Shown: positions 49,749 to 59,818 of the stretch, piece by piece
Layout of the letters: every line of letters starts with the position of its first letter
Numbering within the stretch: the stretch's first letter is position 1
Assembly: GCA_965215365.1 (NCBI GenBank)
Contig: CBDCDS010000003.1
Coordinates: 288,001-352,000, forward strand
Length of the DNA: 64,000 nt
Direction: 5' to 3'
Origin: Gammaproteobacteria bacterium
GTDB lineage: Bacteria; Pseudomonadota; Gammaproteobacteria; Eutrophobiales; Eutrophobiaceae
Notes under the pieces: generated by a model
The model's input: only the letters and a program-made list of their open reading frames with translations
Databases searched by the model: none
Told to the model about the DNA's origin: nothing
Translations under genes and position numbers: made by a program

Positions 49749-50075
49749 CTATTCCTTCATCTTGCGGGATTTATAGGCTTGCCAACGGGCGTATGCCTTT
49801 TGAATATCCCGATATTGCTGTTTCTTGGCGCCCCCGCCCAAAAGGATGGTCAGTTCATTACCGTCTCTGCCATAGTAAATCCGGTATCCCGGGCCAAAAT
49901 TAACCCGGTATTCACTGACACCTTGTCCAACGGGTTTCGCGTTAGAGAAATTGCCTTGTTCCATGCGCGCAAGGGCAGTACGTATTTTCAAGGCAGCCTG
50001 AACATTGAGGGACAAAAACCACTTGGCAAATGGGCGTGAGCCGTCTCGTTCCTCGTATTCAACAATCCTTGGCAT
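49749..50075 (-). CDS. RelE/HigB-family toxin
   Basis: GNFSNAKPVGQGVSEYRVNFGPGYRIYYG..LLGGG.K. Confidence 0.9.
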   Translation of the reverse strand: MPRIVEYEERDGSRPFAKWFLSLNVQAALKIRTALARMEQGNFSNAKPVGQGVSEYRVNFGPGYRIYYGRDGNELTILLGGGAKKQQYRDIQKAYARWQAYKSRKMKE

Positions 50076-50217
50076 AGGGGGAAGATAACATATTTGTTAT
50101 TATTATCAAAACTGAGTGTTGTGTCCTCGGAAGTGTAGTGATTTACACGCCAGCCGTGGCTGTGTAGTATAACGCCATCTTTGCTCTGTAGTCCCCGCAT
50201 CGGGAGTTGCAATCACC

Positions 50218-50381
50218 GTGTCCACGATCGAGTCCCTGCTTGATACCTATCGTTCCGAAACGGCCACTGCGCGTGATCAAGGTGCTGCCTTCGAGAGGCT
50301 GATGGCGCCGGCAAGACGCTCACCTCGTTACGCATTGTCGAAGCACTGGTGGGACGCGGCGGCTACGTGTTGTATCTAGTC
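50218..50381 (+). pseudogene. Collapsed 5' fragments of a type ISP (LlaGI-like) restriction-helicase gene
   Basis: VSTIESLLDTYRSETATARDQGAAFERLM is joined out of frame to GAGKTLTSLRIVEAL..GGYVLYLV and ends at a MITE A end. Confidence 0.62.
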
Positions 50382-50473
50382 CGCATATCTCAGTCTGAAA
50401 TGCGCTCGGTCATCCGCTTTGATCTGTGCTGAAAAAATGATAATATATTATCAATTAAATCGAAATTAAGGCA

Positions 50474-50767
50474 ATGATTGATAATATACTATCCTTATAC
50501 AAGTCTCCAAACGAAATCCAGCGCCACTTATCCGCAACGTTCAAAAACGCGCGCAAGCTCAAAAAGCACAGCCGTCGGGAAGCAGCCATCCGTACCGGCG
50601 TGCCGGCGCCAACCATTCGCCGCTTTGAAGACGCTGGCGAGATCTCGCTACGGCAACTGCTGATGCTGTGCGATGTCTATGGCAACCTCAAAGCTGCCGC
50701 CTCGCTGTTTCCCCGTCCCATCCCACAAACCATGGATGAATTGATTGCGTTGAGTGATGCAAAGTGA
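50474..50767 (+). CDS. HipB-like HTH antitoxin
   Basis: SRREAAIRTGVPAPTIRRFEDAGEISL. GTGA overlap with hipA. Confidence 0.85.
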   Translation: MIDNILSLYKSPNEIQRHLSATFKNARKLKKHSRREAAIRTGVPAPTIRRFEDAGEISLRQLLMLCDVYGNLKAAASLFPRPIPQTMDELIALSDAK

Positions 50768-52053
50768 GACTGGTAAAGGCGCTCTATCATGGTTTTGGAG
50801 CGGGCAAGCCCGTTGCCATGGGTCAGCTCGTCTGGCAAGACCGGCATGCCTGGTTTGAATTTGCCGCAGAATTTTTGCAACGCGACTTGCATCCGTCTCC
50901 TTTCTCTCTGGACCTGACCCCCACGTTACAGAAGGCGCCGGCGGAACCTTTCAAGGGGTTGCATGGATTGTTCAGCGATTCGCTGCCGGACGGTTGGGGG
51001 CTGTATCTCATGGACAAGGCATTCAGGCAAACCGGGAAAGACCCGGCTACGCTCACCCCGCTTGACAGGTTGGCTTATCTGGGCGGGCGCACTATGGGGG
51101 CGATTTCATATCAGCCTGATGACAATGCGGCACAACCGATCGGCAGGGAGCTCGATATGGACTCGATCGGTATTGAAGCAGTCCGCCAGTACCAGGGAAA
51201 GCTCACAGAAGTACTCGAGCATCATGCCCTGAACGGCACGCCGTCCGCCGGCGCCAGACCAAAAATTCTTATTGGTTTATGCGGTGATAAAGTCATTGAG
51301 GGCGCCGGTGACCTGCCGCCTGGGTATGACCACTGGTTGGTCAAATTCCCAACCGGCCAGACACCCGATAAAAAATCAGACGGCACCATAGAATATATCT
51401 ACTCGCTCATGGCCCGGCAAGCCGGCCTCGATATGCCTGAGACAAGGCTCATCCCGACGAGTGGCGGCAATGCCTATTTCATGGCCCGCCGCTTTGACAG
51501 GAGCGCCGGCAACCGTCGCCATCACGTGCATAGCGTGGCCGGTCTGTTGAATCTGGATTTCAGGGTCGCTAACTTTGAATACCGGGAACTCATCAAACTC
51601 TGTGGCTTGCTCACTCACTCCCATGCGGAAAAGGTGGAGCTGTTCCGGCGCATGATTTTCAATATCGTTACCGGCAATCGCGATGACCATACCCGAAACT
51701 TCGCGTTCATGCTCTCAGACCGTAACGAGTGGAAAAATACACCGGCGTATGATGTCACTTGGTCCCGGGGGATAATGGGAGAACATACCCTGAGCATCGA
51801 CGGGAAAGGTAAAGGTATCCTTCTCGATGATGTACTTGCTATTGCAAACAGTGCCTCCATCTCCAGACACGAAGCAAGCCGTGTCATTGAGAGTGTGACA
51901 GATGCCGTGTCCGACTGGAGCAATCTGGCGCATCATTATGCCGTACCCTCAGAACAGCGCCTCGACATACATCAACACACTGTGCGCCAAAAGCGAATGA
52001 TGTCAGCTGCGACAACGGTAGTATTTTCCAGTACCAAAATGAGCCTGAAGTAG
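50764..52053 (+). CDS. hipA: HipA-family kinase toxin
   Basis: DSLPDGWG, SAGARPK, WLVKF, RRFDR, NRDDHTRNF and PAYD. Confidence 0.93.
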   Translation: MRLVKALYHGFGAGKPVAMGQLVWQDRHAWFEFAAEFLQRDLHPSPFSLDLTPTLQKAPAEPFKGLHGLFSDSLPDGWGLYLMDKAFRQTGKDPATLTPLDRLAYLGGRTMGAISYQPDDNAAQPIGRELDMDSIGIEAVRQYQGKLTEVLEHHALNGTPSAGARPKILIGLCGDKVIEGAGDLPPGYDHWLVKFPTGQTPDKKSDGTIEYIYSLMARQAGLDMPETRLIPTSGGNAYFMARRFDRSAGNRRHHVHSVAGLLNLDFRVANFEYRELIKLCGLLTHSHAEKVELFRRMIFNIVTGNRDDHTRNFAFMLSDRNEWKNTPAYDVTWSRGIMGEHTLSIDGKGKGILLDDVLAIANSASISRHEASRVIESVTDAVSDWSNLAHHYAVPSEQRLDIHQHTVRQKRMMSAATTVVFSSTKMSLK

Positions 52054-52254
52054 AACCCGGCCTATCCCGCAGATCTCACCAGGTGATGCGAAGATCGCGC
52101 CGGATTGGTTCTGTCTGCGGGTGCCTGCGACGATGAGCATAGCGGTAGCTATGGTTGAGGAAACCCCCCATTTTCAAAAAAATTTCCATTCATAACTCTC
52201 TGTTTCATAAGGAATAACAAAAAAAGTTGCAGTTTTTTTGAAAAAAATTGCATT

Positions 52255-52300
52255 TTCCTGTTGCATTGCACAATCAGCGGGTGTATGATGCACCGCAACA
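52255..52300 (+). promoter_or_regulatory. Putative PhaR-type TGC-rich boxes upstream of phasin
   Basis: ttgcattgcacaa and atgcaccgcaaca precede the phasin RBS. Confidence 0.45.
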
Positions 52301-52330
52301 CTCACCTGAAACCCTTAGGAGACAGCAACC

Positions 52331-52690
52331 ATGAATGTACAAGCCGCAAAATATTTTGAGCCCGTCAGGGAGATTAACACCTTGGCCCTGGAAAACGTTG
52401 AGAAGCTGCTGGACATCCAGCTCAAGTCAATCAACGACACCGCCAGACTGAGCGTTGAGCAGTTAAAAGCCGCAGCCGAGATCAAGGATGTGGATGGCCT
52501 GAAGAAATACTTCACCGATCAGGCTGAAACCGTAAAATCCCTGGGCGAGCGTTTCGTCAAGGACGGCCAGTCTGCGCTGGAACTGGGCGTGAACTACACC
52601 GACAAGGTACAGCAGATCGTCACCGAGACCATCAAGCAGGAGGCTCCCGTCGCGGCAAAGCCCGCCGCTACTGCCGTGAAAAGTAAGTAA
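52331..52690 (+). CDS. Phasin (PHA granule-associated protein)
   Basis: [17 protein letters not shown], amphipathic helices and an Ala/Lys-rich tail. Confidence 0.82.
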   Translation: MNVQAAKYFEPVREINTLALENVEKLLDIQLKSINDTARLSVEQLKAAAEIKDVDGLKKYFTDQAETVKSLGERFVKDGQSALELGVNYTDKVQQIVTETIKQEAPVAAKPAATAVKSK

Positions 52691-52752
52691 GCAAGTAAGC
52701 AACCAAAACCCTCCTCGCCACCGGTTTCTCCCCCAAGGCCGGTGGTCGGTCA

Positions 52753-52778
52753 GCCGCCCGAAAGGGCGGCTTTTTTTA
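52753..52778 (+). terminator. Intrinsic terminator
   Basis: gccgccc-gaaa-gggcggc followed by T7. Confidence 0.88.
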
Positions 52779-52883
52779 TGGGCGCCGCTAATTTTTAGAG
52801 GCGCCTTTGTTTCTACCCTGCTAAAATACACCGCGACACAGTTACGGCAACCTTTGACTTCATCGGCGGTAGTATCCACACTC

Positions 52884-53762
52884 ATGACGTTCCAGCAATT
52901 GATTGCCGCCCTGCAGGCATTCTGGGCTGAGCGGGGCTGCATTATTCAACAACCCTATGACATGGAGGTAGGTGCCGGCACCTTCCACCCGGCTACGTTC
53001 CTGCGCGCCATCGGCCCGGAACCGTGGCACAGCGCTTATGTGCAACCTTCCCGGCGGCCCACTGACGGGCGCTATGGCGATAACCCGAACCGCCTGCAAC
53101 GCTACTACCAGTTCCAGGTGATACTGAAGCCTTCACCTGCCGATATTCAGGAACTGTATCTGGAATCATTGCAACACCTAGGTATTGATATGCTGACCCA
53201 CGATGTGCGGTTCATAGAAGATAACTGGGAATCCCCGACCCTGGGCGCCTGGGGGCTGGGTTGGGAAGTCTGGCTGAATGGCATGGAGATCAGCCAGTTT
53301 ACCTACTTTCAACAGGTGGGAGGGCTGGAATGCAAGCCGGTTTCCGGTGAGATTACTTACGGCCTGGAGCGCATAGCCGTTTACTTGCAGAATGTGGACA
53401 GTGTCTATGATCTGGTGTGGGTGGATGGGGCAAACGGTGCGGTGACTTATGGCGATATCCACCACCAGGATGAGGTGGAAATGTCAGCCTATAATTTCGA
53501 GAAAGCGGATACCACAGCCCTGTTCCGCTGGTTTGATGAATGTGAAGCGCAGTGCTTGAAGCTGGTGGAAGATGACCTGCCCTCGCCCGCCTACGAACTG
53601 GCACTGAAGGCGTCGCACATCTTCAATCTGCTGGACGCCCGACACGCCCTCAGCGTCACCGAGCGGCAACGCTTCATCCTCAGGGTGAGAACCGCAGCCC
53701 GCGCGGTAGCCCGATGTTATTACGACAAGCGAGACGCACTGGGCTTTCCATTGTGCAGATAA
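52884..53762 (+). CDS. glyQ: Glycine-tRNA ligase alpha subunit
   Basis: [30 protein letters not shown] and EITYGLER. Confidence 0.97.
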   Translation: MTFQQLIAALQAFWAERGCIIQQPYDMEVGAGTFHPATFLRAIGPEPWHSAYVQPSRRPTDGRYGDNPNRLQRYYQFQVILKPSPADIQELYLESLQHLGIDMLTHDVRFIEDNWESPTLGAWGLGWEVWLNGMEISQFTYFQQVGGLECKPVSGEITYGLERIAVYLQNVDSVYDLVWVDGANGAVTYGDIHHQDEVEMSAYNFEKADTTALFRWFDECEAQCLKLVEDDLPSPAYELALKASHIFNLLDARHALSVTERQRFILRVRTAARAVARCYYDKRDALGFPLCR

Positions 53763-53772
53763 TGGCTACCTC

Positions 53773-53973
53773 TAACCCACATATCTCACCAAGTCGCTTG
53801 TTGCCTTGTGAAACATGATTGCTCTCAATAAGTTATGATAATACTTCTGCTCTTTCCACATAACACACTGCGCTTGATGCGCCCTCGCTGGTCTTTTTTG
53901 ATGCGCCCCAGGGAAGGGGCGCATCAAAAAATCCGCCGCGATCTTCGCATCACTGGGTGAGATATGCGGGTTA
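53773..53973. mobile_element. MITE family A, 201-bp complete copy between glyQ and glyS
   Basis: TIRs taacccacatatctcacc / ggtgagatatgcgggtta. Internal hairpin ttttttgatgcgcccc..ggggcgcatcaaaaaa. Confidence 0.88.
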
Positions 53974-56099
53974 AAAAAGATCTGCTGTTTGAAACAGGCA
54001 CGGAAGAGTTGCCGCCGAAGTCCCTGGCCGGTCTGGCCGCAGCCCTGGCCGATGCCGTTCACCAGGGCTTGCTGGAGCAGGAGCTGGAGCACGGCGAGTG
54101 CGCCTGGTATGCCACCCCGCGCCGGTTGGCCGTGATGGTGCGCGACCTGGCGTCGGCTCAGGAAGATAAACAGGTTACCCGGCGCGGTCCGGCCGTTGCC
54201 GCCGCCTATGACGAAGACGGCAACCCCACCCGGGCCGCCCAGGGGTTTGCCCGTTCCTGTGGGGTGACGGTGCCGGAACTGACCCGGCTGGATACGGACA
54301 AGGGCAGCTGGCTGGCGTACCGCAGCCTGGTGCGAGGCGCCGGCGTTGCCGAATTATTGCCTGGTATCATTACCAGGGCGCTCGCCGGCCTGCCCATCGC
54401 CAGACGCATGCGCTGGGGCCACCACGAGGTCGAATTTGTGCGACCGGTGCACTGGGTGGTATTGCTGTTTGGAGCGGACATTATTCCGGCGACGGTGCTG
54501 GGGGTGGCAACGGGCCGGGACACCCGCGGTCACCGCTTTCACCATCCGCAGGCGCTGTCCCTGAGCGAGCCCGGACAATATCTGACCCGGTTGCACGATG
54601 AGGGGCGCGTGGTTGCGGATTTCGACCAGAGGAAGGAACTGATCAGGCAGGCCGTCACGGATACTGCCCAAACCCATGGCGGGCGCGCGCTCATCGACGA
54701 AGATTTGCTGGATGAGGTGACCGCGCTGGTAGAATGGCCGGTGGCCGTTATCGGGTCATTCGACGCGGAATTTCTACACCTGCCGCAAGAAGCGCTGATT
54801 GCCAGTATGCAATCGCACCAGAAATATTTTCCCGTACAAGACGCGGCCACGGGGGAGTTGAGCGCCCGTTTTATCACCATCGCCAATATCGACAGCACCG
54901 ACCCCGATGCGGTCCGGCGCGGCAACGAGCGGGTCATCCGCCCGCGCCTGAGCGATGCCGCGTTTTTCTGGGAGCGCGATCGCGCCAGATTGCAAATCCA
55001 TGCGACCAATACCGCGTCGGCCAAGGCATCACAACCGCCGGTGCCTTCGGACAAGGCGCCGCTGGAACAGCTGGGCGAGACCGATAAGGTGATTTTTCAG
55101 CAACAACTCGGCACGCTGGCGGACAAGACCGCGCGTATCGCCAGCCTGGGCGGATATATCGCACAGCAACTGGGCTTCGCGCCAGACCCGGTCGCGCGCG
55201 CCTCCCGCCTGGCCAAATGTGATTTATTGAGTGCCATGGTCGGCGAGTTCCCGGAGCTGCAAGGCGCCATGGGGCGCTATTATGCCGAAGCCAGCGGTGA
55301 ACCCCCGGCAGTCGCCCTGGCGCTGCAAGAACAGTATATGCCTCGTTACGCCGGTGCTGCGTTGCCGCAGACCGACACCGGCAGGGTGCTGGCGCTGGCC
55401 GACAGACTCGACACCCTGACCGGAATTTTCGCCATCGGCAAAGGCCCCACCGGCGCCAAAGACCCGTTCGCCCTGCGCCGCGCCAGCCTGGGGTGTCTGC
55501 GTATTATGATCGAGTGTGAGTTGCCGCTGGACTTAGAGCGCTGCCTGACGCACGCCGCCGGCGCTTTTCCAGCGGCCGTGAAGGCCACGGCCGTCATCGC
55601 CGACGTGTTTGATTTCATGCAGGACCGGCTGCGGCGCTATTACCTAGATAATGGGGTCGCCCCCGGCGTGTTTGAGGCAGTACAGGCGTGCCGGCCCACG
55701 CAACCCCACGATTTCAACCTGCGAGTGCTGGCCGTGGGCGAGTTTCTGCGCCTGCCAGAAGCCGCCGACCTGATAACCGCCAACAAACGCATCCGCAATA
55801 TCCTCAAACAAGCGCAATTTACCGAACAGGCCGGGCCGGATACGGCAGCACTGGTGGAACAGACCGAACTGGCGTTGTACGAGAAAATGCGCGCCTGCCA
55901 GACGCAGCAGCACGGCACCGGGCACGATTATATCGCCCGCCTGAGCGCACTGGCAGGTCTGCGTGACGATGTGGACGCGTTTTTTGACGAGGTAATGGTC
56001 TTATGCGAAGACACCGCGTTAAGAGCCAACCGCCTGGCCCTGTTAAATGAATTGCGACAACTGTTCCTGACCACCGCGGACATCTCCCGGCTGCAATGA
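53964..56099 (+). CDS. glyS: Glycine-tRNA ligase beta subunit
   Basis: LLFETGTEELP, TPRRLA, FVRPVHW, VGEFPELQG, KDPFALRR and RANRLALL. Confidence 0.96.
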   Translation: MRVKKDLLFETGTEELPPKSLAGLAAALADAVHQGLLEQELEHGECAWYATPRRLAVMVRDLASAQEDKQVTRRGPAVAAAYDEDGNPTRAAQGFARSCGVTVPELTRLDTDKGSWLAYRSLVRGAGVAELLPGIITRALAGLPIARRMRWGHHEVEFVRPVHWVVLLFGADIIPATVLGVATGRDTRGHRFHHPQALSLSEPGQYLTRLHDEGRVVADFDQRKELIRQAVTDTAQTHGGRALIDEDLLDEVTALVEWPVAVIGSFDAEFLHLPQEALIASMQSHQKYFPVQDAATGELSARFITIANIDSTDPDAVRRGNERVIRPRLSDAAFFWERDRARLQIHATNTASAKASQPPVPSDKAPLEQLGETDKVIFQQQLGTLADKTARIASLGGYIAQQLGFAPDPVARASRLAKCDLLSAMVGEFPELQGAMGRYYAEASGEPPAVALALQEQYMPRYAGAALPQTDTGRVLALADRLDTLTGIFAIGKGPTGAKDPFALRRASLGCLRIMIECELPLDLERCLTHAAGAFPAAVKATAVIADVFDFMQDRLRRYYLDNGVAPGVFEAVQACRPTQPHDFNLRVLAVGEFLRLPEAADLITANKRIRNILKQAQFTEQAGPDTAALVEQTELALYEKMRACQTQQHGTGHDYIARLSALAGLRDDVDAFFDEVMVLCEDTALRANRLALLNELRQLFLTTADISRLQ

Positions 56100-56281
56100 A
56101 ACGGGTCATGCTCGACATGGACGGCATCCCCACCTGTGACGACCGGGCCCGGACTGCGCCGGCATTGTTTGTTGCGCCTTGAGACGCAATCGTGCGGGCA
56201 ACCGTCGCGGTGTAGAGCGGCTATCCTGCCGATTTGTACTGTAAGGCAGCAATGACGAACTGATGTTAATGACAGCGGCCC
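56096..56281 (+). pseudogene. Eroded gmhB (heptose bisphosphate phosphatase) remnant
   Basis: ATGA overlap with the glyS stop, then MKRVMLDMDGI, resembling the HAD DxD start of GmhB. Position matches the glyS-gmhB-plsC order. Confidence 0.55.
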
Positions 56282-57046
56282 ATGCACAACCACGATAAAT
56301 TCGGCCTGCTGCTGTGGCTCAGGTCAGCATTATTCCTGCTGGGCATGGGTATCTCTACCCTCATTATGGTCCCCGTCGCCCTGCTGCTGTTGGCGGCGCC
56401 CTTCCCGCTCAGGTTCCGCCTGGTGGCGAACTGGGCGCGGTTTAACCTGTGGTGGCTGGGGGTGACCTGCAGGATCAAAGCGGATATTAGCGGGCTGGAA
56501 AACATCATCGACCAGCCGGCCATCATCATGTGCAAACACCAGTCCGCCTGGGAAACCCTGATGATCCAGTTGCTGTTTCCCCCTCAGGTCTGGATACTGA
56601 AACGGGAATTACTGCATATCCCCATCTACGGTTGGGGGCTGGCGGCCATGAAGCCTATTGCCATCGATCGTTCCCTGGGAGTCCGTTCACTGAAACAGAT
56701 CGTGCGCCAGGGCTTAGAACGGCTACACGCGGGACTCTGGGTGGTGGTATTCCCGGAAGGCACCCGACTGGCGCCCGGCGTGCGCCGTAAATATCACCCC
56801 GGCGGTGCCATGCTGGCAGAAAAGGCCGGTTGCCCGGTGCTACCAATCGCACACAATGCCGGCTACCTGTGGCCGCGCAACAGCTTTCTCAAACACCCCG
56901 GCGTCATCCGCATGGTCATCGGCCCACCCATCCCGACCCAAGGGAAAAAGGCCGCGCAAATTATCCGGGAAACAGAGGATTGGATTGAAACCACGGTCGC
57001 CAGCCTGCCGGCGCCCGCCTGCGATACCCCAGGGGGCGGATTGTAA
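56282..57046 (+). CDS. plsC: 1-acyl-sn-glycerol-3-phosphate acyltransferase
   Basis: KHQSAWET, LKRELL, IDR and FPEGTR. Confidence 0.93.
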   Translation: MHNHDKFGLLLWLRSALFLLGMGISTLIMVPVALLLLAAPFPLRFRLVANWARFNLWWLGVTCRIKADISGLENIIDQPAIIMCKHQSAWETLMIQLLFPPQVWILKRELLHIPIYGWGLAAMKPIAIDRSLGVRSLKQIVRQGLERLHAGLWVVVFPEGTRLAPGVRRKYHPGGAMLAEKAGCPVLPIAHNAGYLWPRNSFLKHPGVIRMVIGPPIPTQGKKAAQIIRETEDWIETTVASLPAPACDTPGGGL

Positions 57047-57058
57047 ATCCGCCCCCTG
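57030..57058. repeat. REP-like hairpin overlapping the plsC stop
   Basis: cagggggcggatt-gta-aatccgccccctg. Confidence 0.6.
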
Positions 57059-57077
57059 TGATATATTGTGCATCATA

Positions 57078-57506
57078 ATGCTCAGGTACGTTTTCGACAC
57101 GGATGTTATTGTAGCAGCTATGCGTAGCCCTTCGGGAGCGTCTGCTGCGTTATTGGGTGAAGCATTGGGCGGCCGGATAAAGATGCTGGTCAGCGTGCCG
57201 GTATTCTTTGAATACGAAGCTAAATGTACTTCTTCGGACCACTGGGCAGCAGCAGGGTTGGACCTGGAACAGGCGCGGGTCTTTGTTAACGGACTGGCAA
57301 CGGTTATTGAACCGGTAAAGACACATTTTTTGTGGCGTCCAACCCTGAAAGATCCTAATGACGAAATGGTGCTTGAGGTTGCAGTGAACGGTCAGGCTGA
57401 TGCTATCGTCACTTTTAACCTGCGGGATTATGGCACAGTACCGAAAATGTTTAATATTGCGGTGATCAATCCGGCGGAAGCATTGAGGAGAGTAAGAAAT
57501 GGCTGA
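57078..57506 (+). CDS. PIN-domain toxin (PIN_3 type)
   Basis: VFDTDVIVAAMRSPSGAS, WRPTLKDPNDEMVLE and TFNLRDY. Confidence 0.9.
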   Translation: MLRYVFDTDVIVAAMRSPSGASAALLGEALGGRIKMLVSVPVFFEYEAKCTSSDHWAAAGLDLEQARVFVNGLATVIEPVKTHFLWRPTLKDPNDEMVLEVAVNGQADAIVTFNLRDYGTVPKMFNIAVINPAEALRRVRNG

Positions 57507-57753
57507 AATATCAAGCTATCCATTGAGACTACCGAAATCATTAAAAGAAAAGGTTGCCATAGTCGCCAAGCGGGATGGATCGAGCATGAATCAGTTCATT
57601 ACCATTGCTTTAGCCGAGAAGATATCAGCGCTGGAAACCGAGAAATATTTTGAAAACAGGATAAAGGAGTCAGATATAAACGCTTTTCGCTCACTACTTT
57701 TTCGGTCTGGCGGAGAACCTCCCCGTGTTGGCGATGAGTTACCTTCTGCCTGA
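57499..57753 (+). CDS. RHH/HicB-like antitoxin
   Basis: YPLRLPKSLK...GSSMNQFITIALAEKISAL. Confidence 0.87.
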   Translation: MAEISSYPLRLPKSLKEKVAIVAKRDGSSMNQFITIALAEKISALETEKYFENRIKESDINAFRSLLFRSGGEPPRVGDELPSA

Positions 57754-57779
57754 AAAAAATTCCTAATCATCTAAATTTC

Positions 57780-58310
57780 TCATGACTTTCTGAAATCTCT
57801 GTCAATTCGTGATTTAACCAGAGAACTCGTTGCTGTTGCCAATCTGGTTTTGTTTAACCGTTTATACAGAAGTTCCTTATCGGTTATACCCTGCTTGGCG
57901 AGCTCTCGTGTGAATTCCATATCCTTGGGCCGTCCTGCCACATATTTTGATATAGCCAGATCATGCACTTCAAGACAGAGCCCCGTTATTCCATTCGTGT
58001 TCTCATTACTGATACTGACCAGACGTTTTTCCCAACCGTCTGGAAGCACTGCGGTTTCCGGGCCAACGCCTTGTGCATAATAGCCAAACTGTTCATGGAA
58101 AAATGAGCCCTCACCAATGGAACCATCAACCAGATCTGCGCGATCCGGTTTGTTTCTGGGGTAAACGTCCATTTCCATGGAAATACAAAGCGTGTTCGGC
58201 GCGTTTGGAAACTGACCAAGAATTGATTGGCTGCCGATGATAATCAATTCACCGTCATCTGCGATTGCGCCACTGGCGCGAATCAAATGCTCAAGTTCTG
58301 AACGCTTCAT
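57780..58310 (-). CDS. DUF6036-like nucleotidyltransferase
   Basis: MKRSELEHLIRA, IIGSQSILG, EMDV, GYYAQGV and HDLAISK..AGRPKD. Confidence 0.8.
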   Translation of the reverse strand: MKRSELEHLIRASGAIADDGELIIIGSQSILGQFPNAPNTLCISMEMDVYPRNKPDRADLVDGSIGEGSFFHEQFGYYAQGVGPETAVLPDGWEKRLVSISNENTNGITGLCLEVHDLAISKYVAGRPKDMEFTRELAKQGITDKELLYKRLNKTRLATATSSLVKSRIDRDFRKS

Positions 58311-58758
58311 AAATGCGTTTTCGCTCCTGATGACTGAGAACGCCGGCAAAAGGTGAAGATTGTCTGAGACGAAACGCCTTGTCAGTACAGCTTACGATAA
58401 ATGCAGCAACGTCCGGCCACGGTTGAGTAAGAATTTGTTGCCATTCTTTGATGTATTGTGGCATCTGCTCAGGCGGTGTTTTTTGACTCCAGCGCCGCAA
58501 ATTTCGTAGCGGAATCTCCAGCAGACCAGGGTCCACGTTTATCTTTTGCACGATTTTGCAATGTAAGGCCAAACTCCTTGCCTCAAGCAGACGATGGTCG
58601 GAATAAGGAGCTGAAGTATCCGGTGTTGCTGGCGCCCAGCTGCTTACAGCTTTAAGACCTGCTGCGCGTTTGCGCGCACGATAGGTGCGCATCCGTTCAG
58701 CAGGAGTCATAGGACTGTCGGCGCGTGGCCTTCCTCTCTTTTTTACGGTTTTACTCAT
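58291..58758 (-). CDS. Partner / antitoxin-like protein of the nucleotidyltransferase
   Basis: AT-hook-like KRGRP, TPAERMRTYR and RLRQSSPFAGVLS. Overlaps the downstream gene. Confidence 0.75.
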   Translation of the reverse strand: MSKTVKKRGRPRADSPMTPAERMRTYRARKRAAGLKAVSSWAPATPDTSAPYSDHRLLEARSLALHCKIVQKINVDPGLLEIPLRNLRRWSQKTPPEQMPQYIKEWQQILTQPWPDVAAFIVSCTDKAFRLRQSSPFAGVLSHQERKRIYEAFRT

Positions 58759-58893
58759 TATATTTATCGTAACCAGTTACGTGAATGAACGCAACTGAAC
58801 TCTCATGGTCAAGGTACTGCCCGCCCTTCGCAGAAAGCAGGCTGCTTTACAAAAAGGCGTAATATCGAATATTATAGATTCAATATTACGCCT

Positions 58894-59810
58894 CACTAGT
58901 GTCCGGTTAATAATCGAATAAATTCAGTTGGTTAGAGAGGGCGTCATGGTTCATGTTGGTCTCACAGTCGCTAAGTAGTTGATTCATCGCGCAAACTTGA
59001 GGTTGGACTTGGCTCGGACCACGAAGAAGGCCGAGGCCTGTGTGAACGGGTAGAGTCGCTCGAAGTCGAGATAGGCCCGGTCCATGATATAGAAGGCGCC
59101 GGGCTCCGGTAGCAGGGTATCGAGCGCCTTGACATCGTGCAGTGTGCCCGGTGACACATGGATAAACGTGGGGATATTGCCGCGCAGGTCTAGCAAGGTA
59201 TGCAGTTTCACCGCCGCCTTGGTGCGTCGGAAGTGCGCCCAGGGGAATACGGATAGACATAGGTCGATGGTGGTGGAATCGAGGGCATAGACCGTGTTGT
59301 CGAGTTCGACGCCGAAGCGGTCGTCGAGATACAGACGTCGTGCGCGGTGTATCAGGGCGTGTGCAAAGTCGGCATAGATACGCCAGTCGCGTTGCTCGTT
59401 GGCATCGGCCAGGGTGCTGCGCGACACCGTGCTGCGTAGCCCCATATGATAGAGTTTGTTGCTGTGCGCGCGCAGGCAGGCTTCGATATCGCGCAGGCTC
59501 TCGCGATAGGTGAGTTGCGCGAACGCCATGCAGCGATACTGGTCTTGGCAACTGAAACGTTTGACATGCTGATTGCCCCGGTAGCGTTCAATACAGCGCC
59601 GCAGGGTATGGTGGGGAAGATGCTCCATTGCCTGTGCGAAAAGCAGTTTGCCGTGGTACATGTGTGGGGGCTCCCATCGTGTTAGTCGATGGAAGAGTTT
59701 GAGGCAAACGGGACCGGCAGTTCAAGTCGGTGACACCCACAAAAAGAGTATTTTATAATGAATTACAGTAAGTTAACTCTAAGCTTCACCGGATATCCCG
59801 GACACTAGTG
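58894..59810 (-). mobile_element. IS4-family element with an internally deleted transposase (DUF4372 + partial DDE)
   Basis: 13-bp TIRs cactagtgtccgg / ccggacactagtg. ORF 59661-58984 (MYHGKLLFAQ..YALDSTTIDL..MDRAY) breaks off, and the C-terminal NQLNLFDY survives in another frame. Confidence 0.88.
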
Positions 59811-59818
59811 ATACTCAC

